Below are positions 29,395-38,450 of a stretch of DNA of 64,000 bases, one piece after another. The stretch spans positions 96,001 to 160,000 of the forward strand of contig JAYTSD010000020.1 in the NCBI GenBank assembly GCA_043745805.1, written 5' to 3'. The first letter of the stretch is position 1. Each line of letters opens with the position of its first letter. The position numbers and the translations under genes are program-made. This stretch comes from Fibrobacteria bacterium (GTDB lineage Bacteria > Fibrobacterota > Fibrobacteria > UBA11236). The notes beneath the pieces are model-generated. The model saw only the letters and a list, made by a program, of their open reading frames with translations, ran no database searches and was not told where the DNA came from.

Positions 29395-31158
29395 ATGAAA
29401 TCTCTATTGCGAATTTTTATTCTGTATTGTTTTTTTTCGGTTTATGCTTTTGCCAAGGATAGAGTTTTTGAGCCCTCCGAAGGTTTTACTTTAGCGGAGA
29501 AATTGCCTGATAGCGTTAAAATTCATGTGCGTTCTATTCAACTGAATATAAAAGATGCCTTTGAAGGTGCCAAAGTAAATTCGGAAGTGGAAGCGTATGT
29601 TTTTGATATCGGCAATAAATTACATATCGAATCTAAACCTTATACTATTCGCCGACGCCTATTGTTCAAAGAAGGCGATACCATTAATAAAGACAAATTG
29701 TTGGAAACCGAAAGGGCTTTGCGTAATGAAGAATTTTTAGCAGATGCCAAAATAGAAGTAAAAATTTGGGAAGATAGTACGGCACATATTATTGTTACGA
29801 CTTTTGATCAATGGACTACTACTTTAGCCGCTAGTTTAAATCGCGATGGCGGCGAATGGCAATATTGGTTTGGGCCAGTGGAAAGTAATGTTTTGGGTTC
29901 GGGACAAAAACTCGGTTTTTTTATGGGGCATACGGATAAGCATGATTTAAAATGGTTGGATTATAAAAACAATGCTTTTTTGCCTTGGAAATTGCAATTG
30001 GGCGCAAATGGGGTATTGTATAGTGATGGTTATGGTTATGCTTTTTCTTTAGCGCATCCGCTTTTGTCACGCAGTGATAAATACGCTTTTTCCATTTCTA
30101 TGGAAGGCAGTGAATTATCGGAAACGGTTTATTTTGATGCCAATGATTATGAGGAAATGGCTAAAGATCATTCACTTTCGGATAGCGCCATTCAGGCTTA
30201 TGCTAAAAAAAACCACACTTTACTTTATTATAATCGTATAGCAACGCATAACACAAATGTTACGGTTACGCGCTCATATGGTGATAAACTCAAACTTAAT
30301 CCCAGCTTAACTTATGATAGAAGCGATCGCTATCAGCATGGCAGTCTCTTACCGCGTACAGATGCTTTGGCGCTGGCGAATCAATTCAATGCCAGCGATT
30401 ATAAACTAGATGAACGTACCACGGATTTGGCCGGCTTAAGTTTAAGCCTCTATCAATATGAATATAAAACCGTGCGCAATTTCCGCAATTTAAAATGGAG
30501 TGAAAATTTAGATGTAGGTTGGCGGTTAAGTTCAAAGCTGGCAAAGAACTTAAATCTCGAAAAAAATATCGCCGGCAATCAGTATGACTGGTATTTAAGT
30601 CATACCGCGGTGTTTAACAATGCGTGGATGGATGCGCATTTTGTGAATAGTAATGTCACTACTAATTATTTTATTACGGAAAACGGACGCTTAAACAATG
30701 GTTATGCCCATGCGGGATTGGAGTATTATTGGCGGCAAGTCGAAACTACAGGATCTTTCCTTTCTGTGCAATGGAGTAATTTGTTTGCGGTAACCAAAAC
30801 CCAACAATTATTACTGGGCGAAGAAACGGATTTACACGGCTATCCCAATTATTATTATGCCGGTCAAGCACGTTTTATTATGAGCGCGGAACAAAGGCTT
30901 TTTACGCCCTGGGAAATGGGCACTTTTATTCCGGCTTTTGCGGCCTTTGTTAATGCTGGTAATACCTACAAAAGTTATAACGTTTTCGATCCGCAAGATT
31001 TGCATTATTCCGTAGGTTTAGGCATGCGTTTAGGAGCCAGTAAATCCGTACAAAAAGTGGTGAATCATTTGAACTTCGCTTGGCCTTTAGATAGACGCTT
31101 ATTAAAAGGTCCGTACTATTGGCCTACCTTTTCCTTGCAAGCCAAGAAAAGTTTGTAA
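29395..31158 (+). CDS. BamA/TamA-like outer membrane protein (POTRA plus beta-barrel)
   Basis: POTRA-like IRRRLLFKEGD..LLETERALR; ESNVLGSGQKL; LHGYP; AFVNAG; SVGLGMR. Confidence 0.75.
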   Translation: MKSLLRIFILYCFFSVYAFAKDRVFEPSEGFTLAEKLPDSVKIHVRSIQLNIKDAFEGAKVNSEVEAYVFDIGNKLHIESKPYTIRRRLLFKEGDTINKDKLLETERALRNEEFLADAKIEVKIWEDSTAHIIVTTFDQWTTTLAASLNRDGGEWQYWFGPVESNVLGSGQKLGFFMGHTDKHDLKWLDYKNNAFLPWKLQLGANGVLYSDGYGYAFSLAHPLLSRSDKYAFSISMEGSELSETVYFDANDYEEMAKDHSLSDSAIQAYAKKNHTLLYYNRIATHNTNVTVTRSYGDKLKLNPSLTYDRSDRYQHGSLLPRTDALALANQFNASDYKLDERTTDLAGLSLSLYQYEYKTVRNFRNLKWSENLDVGWRLSSKLAKNLNLEKNIAGNQYDWYLSHTAVFNNAWMDAHFVNSNVTTNYFITENGRLNNGYAHAGLEYYWRQVETTGSFLSVQWSNLFAVTKTQQLLLGEETDLHGYPNYYYAGQARFIMSAEQRLFTPWEMGTFIPAFAAFVNAGNTYKSYNVFDPQDLHYSVGLGMRLGASKSVQKVVNHLNFAWPLDRRLLKGPYYWPTFSLQAKKSL

Positions 31159-31173
31159 AAATTTTTAAAAAAA

Positions 31174-31863
31174 TTATTTGCGTAAATCGGCTTCAGGACA
31201 TTGCGCAAAACATTGCAAAACTTTTTGAGCGCGCAAGGCCACATTCTTGGCATAGCAGGCGTGGCCTTCTTTGCTACAACCCGCAATGACATTAATCGGT
31301 AAGGGGATAAGTACCAAAGAATCTTTGGTGGGATAAACCGCGAAATATTGAAAGAGGCTGGGAATAGTGAGCCCAAAAAAATCCGTGCGTGATAACCCTA
31401 ATTTTCCAGCTTGATCAGTGATTACGCTATCTAAAGTATGCGCATAACTACTTTCGCCAATGCGAGCAGCTACATAAGTTTGAATGCCTTTAGAAAACGT
31501 AGAGGTTACAGCAATTGCGGTGCGTAATTGTTTCTTAACCATGATCGGAAAAAGCAATTCTTCTTTAGTATTGCGTAAAAAGTTACCCTCTTCTTCCGGT
31601 TTACCGGAATAGCTTTTGATTTGTTCTAAGGATAATTTCATCACTCGCAAGGGTTCGCCCAAAGTTGCTTCTTTGACTTCGTCTTGGGAATTAAAGCCGA
31701 GCAAATTAAAGTGTTGGCTATCGGCCAATTTTTTTAATAGCGGCAAAGCTTTTCGGGCAGCGGATTCGGGAGTATTGGCGGCCTTAGGATTAAGTTTTTG
31801 GGTATAAAAAACACCCAATAAAACTAATAGGGCCACAAAGGGTAATAGCCATAATTTTCGCAT
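31174..31863 (-). CDS. Hypothetical membrane-anchored/exported protein
   Basis: N-terminal hydrophobic helix, four C-terminal Cys, translationally coupled to the OmpA gene. Confidence 0.65.
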   Translation of the reverse strand: MRKLWLLPFVALLVLLGVFYTQKLNPKAANTPESAARKALPLLKKLADSQHFNLLGFNSQDEVKEATLGEPLRVMKLSLEQIKSYSGKPEEEGNFLRNTKEELLFPIMVKKQLRTAIAVTSTFSKGIQTYVAARIGESSYAHTLDSVITDQAGKLGLSRTDFFGLTIPSLFQYFAVYPTKDSLVLIPLPINVIAGCSKEGHACYAKNVALRAQKVLQCFAQCPEADLRK

Positions 31864-32825
31864 TAGGGCGTTTTTTTCTCTTGTATGACTAAGTCTACGC
31901 GGCGATTTTTTTGACGACCTTCTTTGGTCGTGTTTTCGGCAACTGGTTTGGTAAAACCAAATCCTGCTGAAGATAATCGCTTGACATCAATTCCCTGCGT
32001 CACCATAAAATCCATGACATTACTCGCTCTTTTTTCCGAAAGCTTATGATTATATTCTTCCGAACCTTGATTATCGGTATGCCCTTCTACTATGACATTA
32101 GCATCTTTATAAATGGTAAGAATACCCGAAATTTTTGCCAAATTGGTTTTGAGATCCGCAGTTAATGAGGCTTTACCTACATCAAAAAGGATATCGGACA
32201 TGGAGATAATGGTTCCGCGCGCATCTTTGCGTACTTGAATTAAAGCACTATTCAATTCATTAAAACGCTTTTCGGCATCTTCTTGACGTTCTCTTAATTT
32301 GCGTTTTTGTTCTTCTAAATCGGATCGCATAGCGGAAAAATCCGAACGTAAGGCGGAAGCATTACCTTGCTCCACTTTAATGATTTCTTCATTCACTGCA
32401 TTAATATCATTGAGCGCCTTAGCTCTATCGACATGCAGTTGTGCAATTTGTCGGCGTAATTGAGTCGTGGCTATTTGGGTAAGCGCCGCTTCAGTTAGTA
32501 GCGTACACGTTTTAAGCCATTGTTCGCGTTCGTCACTTTTAGGATCAAGTTTTAGAATGCTATGCGCTTCTTGCAAACGTGCTTTCGCGGCAAAGTATAA
32601 ATCCACCTCTTCCACATTACCCTGCAAACCGCTCATAGCCTTATCCAAGCTGCTTTCGAGTTCGCCAAAAGTTTTGGGAGTCGCAGTAGGCAAAGGAGCA
32701 ATAGTATTTATAGTAATAGAAGCGTGAGTGGAATCTTTATTCTTTTCAAGTAATGATTTAGCGGGAGGTAATTGCGTTATGGCAAAGGCCGAGCTAGCGA
32801 GTAGGGATAAAATTAAAGCGCGCAT
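31863..32825 (-). CDS. OmpA-family protein (coiled coil plus peptidoglycan-binding domain)
   Basis: Motifs RGTIISMSDILFDVGKA, VEGHTDNQG, LSEKRA, NRRVDLVI. Confidence 0.9.
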   Translation of the reverse strand: MRALILSLLASSAFAITQLPPAKSLLEKNKDSTHASITINTIAPLPTATPKTFGELESSLDKAMSGLQGNVEEVDLYFAAKARLQEAHSILKLDPKSDEREQWLKTCTLLTEAALTQIATTQLRRQIAQLHVDRAKALNDINAVNEEIIKVEQGNASALRSDFSAMRSDLEEQKRKLRERQEDAEKRFNELNSALIQVRKDARGTIISMSDILFDVGKASLTADLKTNLAKISGILTIYKDANVIVEGHTDNQGSEEYNHKLSEKRASNVMDFMVTQGIDVKRLSSAGFGFTKPVAENTTKEGRQKNRRVDLVIQEKKTP

Positions 32826-33226
32826 TAGGGTTTCCTCTTGGCTTTCATTTCATTTAAAATTTCGGAATAGGTGCTGAGTCTATCTTGCTCTAAAGCCAAA
32901 GCGGATTTAAGTGATTCTGCAAGTTTTTTTTGATCGGCATATTCTTTTTGGGCAATTGCTTGACGAAAATAAATGCTGGCTAAGTCGGCTTGGTCACTGG
33001 CAACATCAATTTCTTCAGCCTTATAATTCTTTTGCGCTAAACCCATTAAAGAATCCCCTTTAATGGTTTCGGGTGATTTTAAACCGGCTTTTTGGCAATA
33101 CTCTTGCAAAGTTTGTGAGGCGAAATGATTTTGTCGGCCTAGGAAAACTTTATGGACAGAGCAAGCACTAAAAAAATAGAGAGTGCATAAGGCTGTTAAA
33201 CTCATAAAAAATAATCGGAGGAACAT
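32825..33226 (-). CDS. Helical lipoprotein, likely partner of the adjacent OmpA protein
   Basis: Lipobox FSAC; short helical/coiled-coil body; stop overlaps the OmpA start. Confidence 0.65.
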   Translation of the reverse strand: MFLRLFFMSLTALCTLYFFSACSVHKVFLGRQNHFASQTLQEYCQKAGLKSPETIKGDSLMGLAQKNYKAEEIDVASDQADLASIYFRQAIAQKEYADQKKLAESLKSALALEQDRLSTYSEILNEMKAKRKP

Positions 33227-33321
33227 ACTTTCCTTTCTTTGAAACTGAAAATAAAACTTAAAAAAATGTGAATTAATTTGTGGATCGATTGTAAGAAGGC
33301 TAATTCAATAAATTAAAGGAT

Positions 33322-34242
33322 TTATTTGTGATGTCCTTCATGCGATTTTTCTTCTGATGGTGCAGGCTCTGAGCTTTCTTCATTAAGCACATCAATGGGT
33401 TTAACCATATCAGGCAATGCACTATGCCCTGAGGGACTTTCCTCAGTATTTGAAGGGTGATGCTCTTCCATAACTTTGGGCTCCGACCTTTCGGCTGAGG
33501 CCGACAATATCACAATATCTACGCGCCGATTACGCGCTCTTCCAGCAGGGGTGGTATTTTCTGAAATGGGTCTAAATTCCCCATAGCCCACGGCGGATAT
33601 TTTATCGGGAGCAATCCCATAATGATTGACCAAGGTTTGCAAAACATTAGTGGCTCTTGCGGTAGACAATTCCCAATTGGTGGGATAAGTGCGTGAGCTC
33701 ATGGGGGTATTATCGGTGTGACCCTCCACGCGTAGAGGATTTCGAAACTTGGCAAATTGTGCGCCTAATTCTTGAAATATTTTTTTGGATTCTTCTTTGA
33801 CCTCGGCTCGTCCACTTTCAAATAATCCGGATTCCTTCATACTAATAACTAGGCCGCGTTCTTGCGACTCCACCTGTACCTTATCAAATTTATTTTGTGT
33901 CATTAAAAATTCTTCAATCGCATGTTTCATGCTTTCTAAATCAGAACGTGTCGCTTGCGTAACCGATCGGGCGGCTTGCTCATCACTTTTTTCCGGCGCA
34001 TCAGGATGCCCTTTGGTATCGTACTTTTTAGGTTTCATCCCATCCATTTTCACGAGGGAATTTTGCGGGGTACCAAAGACGATACGCATAGATTCCGCCG
34101 CCGATTTAGCTTTGTCAGCATCGGATCGACCTAAAGCATATAAGGCTGTAAAGGTGGCAAATAATAAAGTGATAAAATCAGCATAAGACACTAACCAGCG
34201 TTCATGATTAACATGTTCTTCGTGATGCGCTTTACGAGCCAA
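33322..34242 (-). CDS. motB: Flagellar-type stator protein MotB
   Basis: Motifs HERWLVSYADFITLL (conserved Asp), VEGHTDN, NWELSTARA, NRRVDIV. Confidence 0.93.
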   Translation of the reverse strand: MARKAHHEEHVNHERWLVSYADFITLLFATFTALYALGRSDADKAKSAAESMRIVFGTPQNSLVKMDGMKPKKYDTKGHPDAPEKSDEQAARSVTQATRSDLESMKHAIEEFLMTQNKFDKVQVESQERGLVISMKESGLFESGRAEVKEESKKIFQELGAQFAKFRNPLRVEGHTDNTPMSSRTYPTNWELSTARATNVLQTLVNHYGIAPDKISAVGYGEFRPISENTTPAGRARNRRVDIVILSASAERSEPKVMEEHHPSNTEESPSGHSALPDMVKPIDVLNEESSEPAPSEEKSHEGHHK

Positions 34243-34260
34243 AATTAAAACCCTTCAAAA

Positions 34261-35022
34261 TCAATGTGCCTCTCTATGCCCTTCGGGTAAAAAGGCTTTT
34301 AAACGTTGGCCCAAGAAATGAGGATTCTCACCATTTTGTAGTGCTACCAAACCCGCTAAGATTAATTCTTTTTCATGACCCATTTGTTTAGCGCGTACTT
34401 TCATTTTATTCGCCAAAGGCAAAGCAATAATATTGGCAATCACTAAGCCATAAATAGTAGCCACAAAAGCTACCGCAATACCCCCACCCAATTTGGAGGG
34501 ATCATCTAAGTTTTCCATAACGTGAATAAGTCCAAGCACTGCACCAATAATACCCACCGTAGGCGCATAACCGCCCATGGCTTCAATAACCGGAATACAT
34601 ATTTTGCATTCGTCTTCAAAAGTGGTGAGTTCGGTTTCCATAATGCTCAGTAACACTGCGGGATCAATACCATCGACAATTAAGGTTAAGCCTTTGCGGG
34701 TAAAAGGATCAGGATGTGCTTTGGCTTTGGTTTCTAAAGCCATGATTCCATTTTTACGCGCGAACTGACAAAGTTCGGTAAGCTCATTAATAATTTTAGC
34801 ATGATCCGATTTAGGGGGAGAGAGTGCCACTTTTAAACTCTTGAGCGCGGTTACTAAATGATCCATGGGGAATCCAGCCATGGTAGCACCCAAGGCACCC
34901 CCCACCACAATTATAAAAGCTGTCGGTTGTACTAAAGCCTCAACATGTCCGCCTTCGAGAATTAATCCCAAGAGAATCATTCCGATGCCGAAGCCTGGTC
35001 CGCCTAGTGTGGTTATATCCAC
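34261..35022 (-). CDS. motA: Flagellar-type stator protein MotA
   Basis: Motifs LEGG, ARKNGIMALE, GGYAPTVGIIGAVLGLI, IAVAFVATIYG, GENP. Confidence 0.93.
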   Translation of the reverse strand: MDITTLGGPGFGIGMILLGLILEGGHVEALVQPTAFIIVVGGALGATMAGFPMDHLVTALKSLKVALSPPKSDHAKIINELTELCQFARKNGIMALETKAKAHPDPFTRKGLTLIVDGIDPAVLLSIMETELTTFEDECKICIPVIEAMGGYAPTVGIIGAVLGLIHVMENLDDPSKLGGGIAVAFVATIYGLVIANIIALPLANKMKVRAKQMGHEKELILAGLVALQNGENPHFLGQRLKAFLPEGHREAH

Positions 35023-35180
35023 GGTATAAATCCTTGAAAAGGTGAGCTGTATCCGAATTCATTATTGCACGTTTATGTACAAACGACAATAGCGGCAAGG
35101 GTTATAATGCTTAAGTAAAACTTAAAGTAAAGTTGAAGTAGGGATTTATTAGTAGGAAACACGATACCCAAACGGCGAGT

Positions 35181-35207
35181 TAGGGGTGTATCGCTATATG
35201 CCCCTAC
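35181..35207 (-). repeat. GTAG-type REP palindrome of a second sequence class
   Basis: Minus strand GTAGGGGCATATAGCGATACACCCCTA, 11 nt beyond the pit stop codon. Confidence 0.65.
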
Positions 35208-35218
35208 TTGCAAAAAAA

Positions 35219-36211
35219 TTAAGTCAAATGCTTTAAAGTAAAAGCGACCAGCCCCGCTATTGCGGCGGTAGCAGGAATAGTTAAAATCCAAGCAATCATC
35301 ATTTGTCCTGCAACGCCCCAATTTACAGCCTTTAAGCGTTTAGAAGCGCCTACTCCCATGATGGAACTAGAAATCACATGAGTAGTAGAAACGGGTGTGC
35401 CTAAATGACTCGCGGTTAAGATTACAATGGCAGCACTGGCTTCCGCGGCAAAACCATTGACAGGTGCAAGCTTAATCATTTTTACACCCATGGTTTTAAT
35501 AATACGCCAGCCACCTGCTGCAGTACCTAGCGCCATGGTGGACGCACATAAAAAAATCACCCAATTAGGAATATAAAAACTGGAAATATACCCCATGCCA
35601 AAAAGGGCTAGGGCAATAATACCCATAGACTTTTGGGCATCATTAGAACCGTGACTAATTGCCATAAAGGCAGCAGAAACAATTTGTAAATATTTAAACC
35701 AACGATTGACTTTGCCAGCCGGACTTTTATGGAACATCCACATAATAATAATCATGATTACAAATCCACCGAGCAAACCACATAAGGGGGAAATAATTAA
35801 GCCTTTTACAATTTTCCATAAGCCTAAAGCATTGATGGCTTGAACGCCATGTGTAGTCACCACTGCGCCAATAAGCCCACCAATTAAAGCATGGGAGGAA
35901 CTAGAAGGAATGCCATAATACCAAGTGAGTAAATTCCAGCAAATAGCGCCTACAAGGGCGGAAGCGACAATGATATTAGTCACCATGGAGGGATCCACAA
36001 TACCTTTACCAATGGTTTTAGCTACGGCAGTACTTAACCAAGCACCTAAAAAATTTAAGATGGCCGACATAATCAAGGCATGCTTGGGAGACAGCACACG
36101 CGTGGAAACCACAGTAGCTATGGCATTCGCCGCATCATGCATACCATTGATATAATCGAAGGCCAAGGCCAAACCGATTAGTACCAGTAGAATGATAAAG
36201 GTACTATCCAT
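35219..36211 (-). CDS. pit: Inorganic phosphate transporter (PiT family)
   Basis: Motifs NGMHDAANAIAT, GIPSSSSHALIGG, HGSNDAQK, PVSTTH. Confidence 0.93.
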   Translation of the reverse strand: MDSTFIILLVLIGLALAFDYINGMHDAANAIATVVSTRVLSPKHALIMSAILNFLGAWLSTAVAKTIGKGIVDPSMVTNIIVASALVGAICWNLLTWYYGIPSSSSHALIGGLIGAVVTTHGVQAINALGLWKIVKGLIISPLCGLLGGFVIMIIIMWMFHKSPAGKVNRWFKYLQIVSAAFMAISHGSNDAQKSMGIIALALFGMGYISSFYIPNWVIFLCASTMALGTAAGGWRIIKTMGVKMIKLAPVNGFAAEASAAIVILTASHLGTPVSTTHVISSSIMGVGASKRLKAVNWGVAGQMMIAWILTIPATAAIAGLVAFTLKHLT

Positions 36212-36827
36212 GTTTGAGAACTATCCCTTCGATAATGCCAGCTACATGTTCACATTTGTCGGTAGCGGTTTCGAGATAATCATAAATGTCGCGCCACTTC
36301 ATCACTTCCAAAGGATTCTTTTCGCCTTTAAACAATGCAGCCACCGCTTCGCGCGAAATTTTATCGCCCAAGTTTTCCAAACGATTAATTTCCACACAAT
36401 GGGGAATGATTTTTTCGTATTTAAAATCTTTTATTACCGGAATTACTTTATTGATTTCTTCTACTTGCTTCACGAGCACTTCGATGAGACCTTTCATCGG
36501 TGGTGTGATTTCATTTAGATCATAAAGCATCATGCGTTCGGTAACCGCTTCCATGTAATCCATACAATCATCTAAGCCTAAAGCCAGTTGATGAATATCT
36601 TCACGGTCAATTGGCGTGATAAAGCTTTTGTCGAGGCGAATTAAAACCTCATGTGTTAATACATCGGCATCATGTTCAAAGCGTTCGAGCTTGGAGGCGG
36701 CACTTTTAATATTTTCGGGATGATCCACCATATCTTGCAAAGCATTGGCCGCTTGTTGTAATACATCCGCGGTTTTCTTAAACATGTCGAAGAACTTCTC
36801 GTCGCGAGGGATTAATTTTCTAAACAT
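36204..36827 (-). CDS. DUF47 / PhoU-like phosphate transport regulator
   Basis: Motifs EHDAD, SFITPIDREDI, LENLGD, LETATDKCE; usual position upstream of pit. Confidence 0.9.
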   Translation of the reverse strand: MFRKLIPRDEKFFDMFKKTADVLQQAANALQDMVDHPENIKSAASKLERFEHDADVLTHEVLIRLDKSFITPIDREDIHQLALGLDDCMDYMEAVTERMMLYDLNEITPPMKGLIEVLVKQVEEINKVIPVIKDFKYEKIIPHCVEINRLENLGDKISREAVAALFKGEKNPLEVMKWRDIYDYLETATDKCEHVAGIIEGIVLKHG

Positions 36828-37090
36828 ATTTCAATCCTGTTTCAAACGCGTTAAAGTTAATAAACCATTTCCAACTATGGGACGGTAGGGGAAAAGGGAT
36901 TAATTTGTTAAAAAAAGGCGGTTGTTTTTGAAATTGGTTTTTAAAATGTTGGCTTGCCGTGATTGGTTATGGATGTGGATGTTAAAAACGTATGGGCCGA
37001 TCATGTTGGCCATTTATCGATCGAAAATCATATCGAACATATGTCCATGTATACCATGTAGGCATTGATTTTGTATCGGATGGCCACGTA

Positions 37091-37118
37091 GTAGGGGCTG
37101 AAGATTTTCAGCCCCTAC
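37091..37118. repeat. GTAG-type REP palindrome flanking the RAYT gene
   Basis: GTAGGGGCTGAAGATTTTCAGCCCCTAC. Confidence 0.88.
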
Positions 37119-37210
37119 TACAAAATAATCCCCTACAAAATTCCCCATACATTTTCAAAACAAACGTTTTCAACCCCACGCCGTCCGTCAATTCAATAAT
37201 TCCATGCACA

Positions 37211-37918
37211 TTATTTATAAAATTTGCCCTCATTCCATTTTGCAGGATTACTACGGATGTAATTCGAAATGCTTTGATACGATTCTTCGTCGCGGATAAT
37301 GCGTTCATGAAAATTGCGCTGCCATACGATTTGGGTATCGGTATTGTTGCGGAACCATTTAGTGACACCCGTTTTATATCCGCGAATAATTGCACCAATG
37401 GAACGGGGTATTACTTTTTGATATTTATTTTGGTTCGCGATATTGAACGGTAAACGTGGGTTTTGAATTCTGTCATCGATGTCATTTATTAATTCAATAA
37501 TTCCATGCACATGATTTGGCATTATGACATGTTCATGTAAAATCACATTGGGAAAATGTTTTGGTATTTCCGCCCAACATTCATCGGCAATTTTTCCGGC
37601 ATCGTTTAATACCATAATTGGTTTTAATTTGTTTGGTACATGATGTGTCGGTTGAACATGTAAATCATGTGAACCATGTATGCCGTGTTGGGTTTGATTT
37701 CGCATTGGATGTTCAAGTAGGGGCTGAAGATTTTCAGCCCCTACAAAATCGACCCCCGAAATTTCAACACCAACATATTCGGGCGATGTAATTTCACCAA
37801 ACAAACGCATTTTGTTATGGCAACAAATGGTAATGAAATACAAACCGGCCCGTGAATAATTGTATCCTTGTAATCGAATGGATTGGCGATGGTGGATATT
37901 AGCGTTGTGTTTATTCAT
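37211..37918 (-). mobile_element. REP-associated tyrosine transposase (RAYT; IS200-like Y1 HUH family)
   Basis: Motifs RQSIRLQGYNYS, YFITIC, HUH motif MPNHVHGII, IIRGYK, WQRNFHERIIR, YIRSNP; associated REPs. ATG 37918 preferred over TTG 37939. Confidence 0.92.
37717..37744. repeat. REP palindrome inside the RAYT coding sequence (read as VGAENLQPL)
   Basis: Identical 28-mer to the copy at 37091. Confidence 0.88.
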
Positions 37919-37939
37919 TTTGAGGGTATCGTAGTACAA

Positions 37940-38113
37940 TCAAGTTTTTATCGTTTCACTTAATTTTTCTCCGATATTATTATCACGACTATTCTCCTCT
38001 CCGTGTATATCCGTTAAATAGGTTCGAATCATTGGAATTAATTCCATTCCAGTTGGGAAACCATATTCCTTGCTTGCACCTGCACCAATTACAAAAACAA
38101 TATTATTAGCCAT
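37940..38113 (-). pseudogene. Truncated SIR2-like protein N-terminus (57 aa)
   Basis: Manual translation MANNIVFVIGAGASKEYGFPTGMELIP...ETIKT*; the GAGAS..G.P sirtuin start motif is present and the rest of the domain is absent. Confidence 0.6.
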
Positions 38114-38149
38114 TATCTACCTGAAATTAAATCGTTACATCCATCTCAT

Positions 38150-38371
38150 TCACCCCCTCGGCGGCCTACAAACTTTACAAGGCACCCCACCTTGCTTCAT
38201 CGCATCTTCCAACTTCATCTCCACACAATGCACCGTGCATTTCTTCGCCCACTTACAAGATGTATAGTGATACTTTTTAGTTTGCTGATTAAACGCTACA
38301 ACGAGATTTGAAGACGATAATGAAAAAGAAAAAAGAATACCTAAAGAAACAAAAAGTCGTATCGTTTGCAT
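38150..38371 (-). CDS. Small secreted Cys/His metal-binding protein (Ada-type Zn-finger-like)
   Basis: SD GAGG, signal peptide, KKYHYTSCKWAKKCTVHC...GGVPCKVC. Confidence 0.75.
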   Translation of the reverse strand: MQTIRLFVSLGILFSFSLSSSNLVVAFNQQTKKYHYTSCKWAKKCTVHCVEMKLEDAMKQGGVPCKVCRPPRG

Positions 38372-38450
38372 GATACCTCATTTCTGTGCGGTTTGTCGTT
38401 TTTAGTCTTTCCGCGTTCCCAAGTGTTAATCAAAGCTTATTAAATAACCC

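Noticed and set aside
33322-35022. Zorya (ZorAB) defence system
   Set aside because: MotA is normal length without the long ZorA tail, MotB has the flagellar WLVSYAD motif, and no zorC/D/E genes are adjacent.
36992-37453. ORFs 36992..37453 (+) and 37108..37398 (-)
   Set aside because: Antisense or alternate-frame shadows of the RAYT gene and its REP flank.
2573-37744. 28-bp palindromic repeats as a CRISPR array
   Set aside because: The copies are dispersed or 160-600 bp apart, there are no regular spacers or cas genes, and they fit GTAG REPs beside a RAYT.
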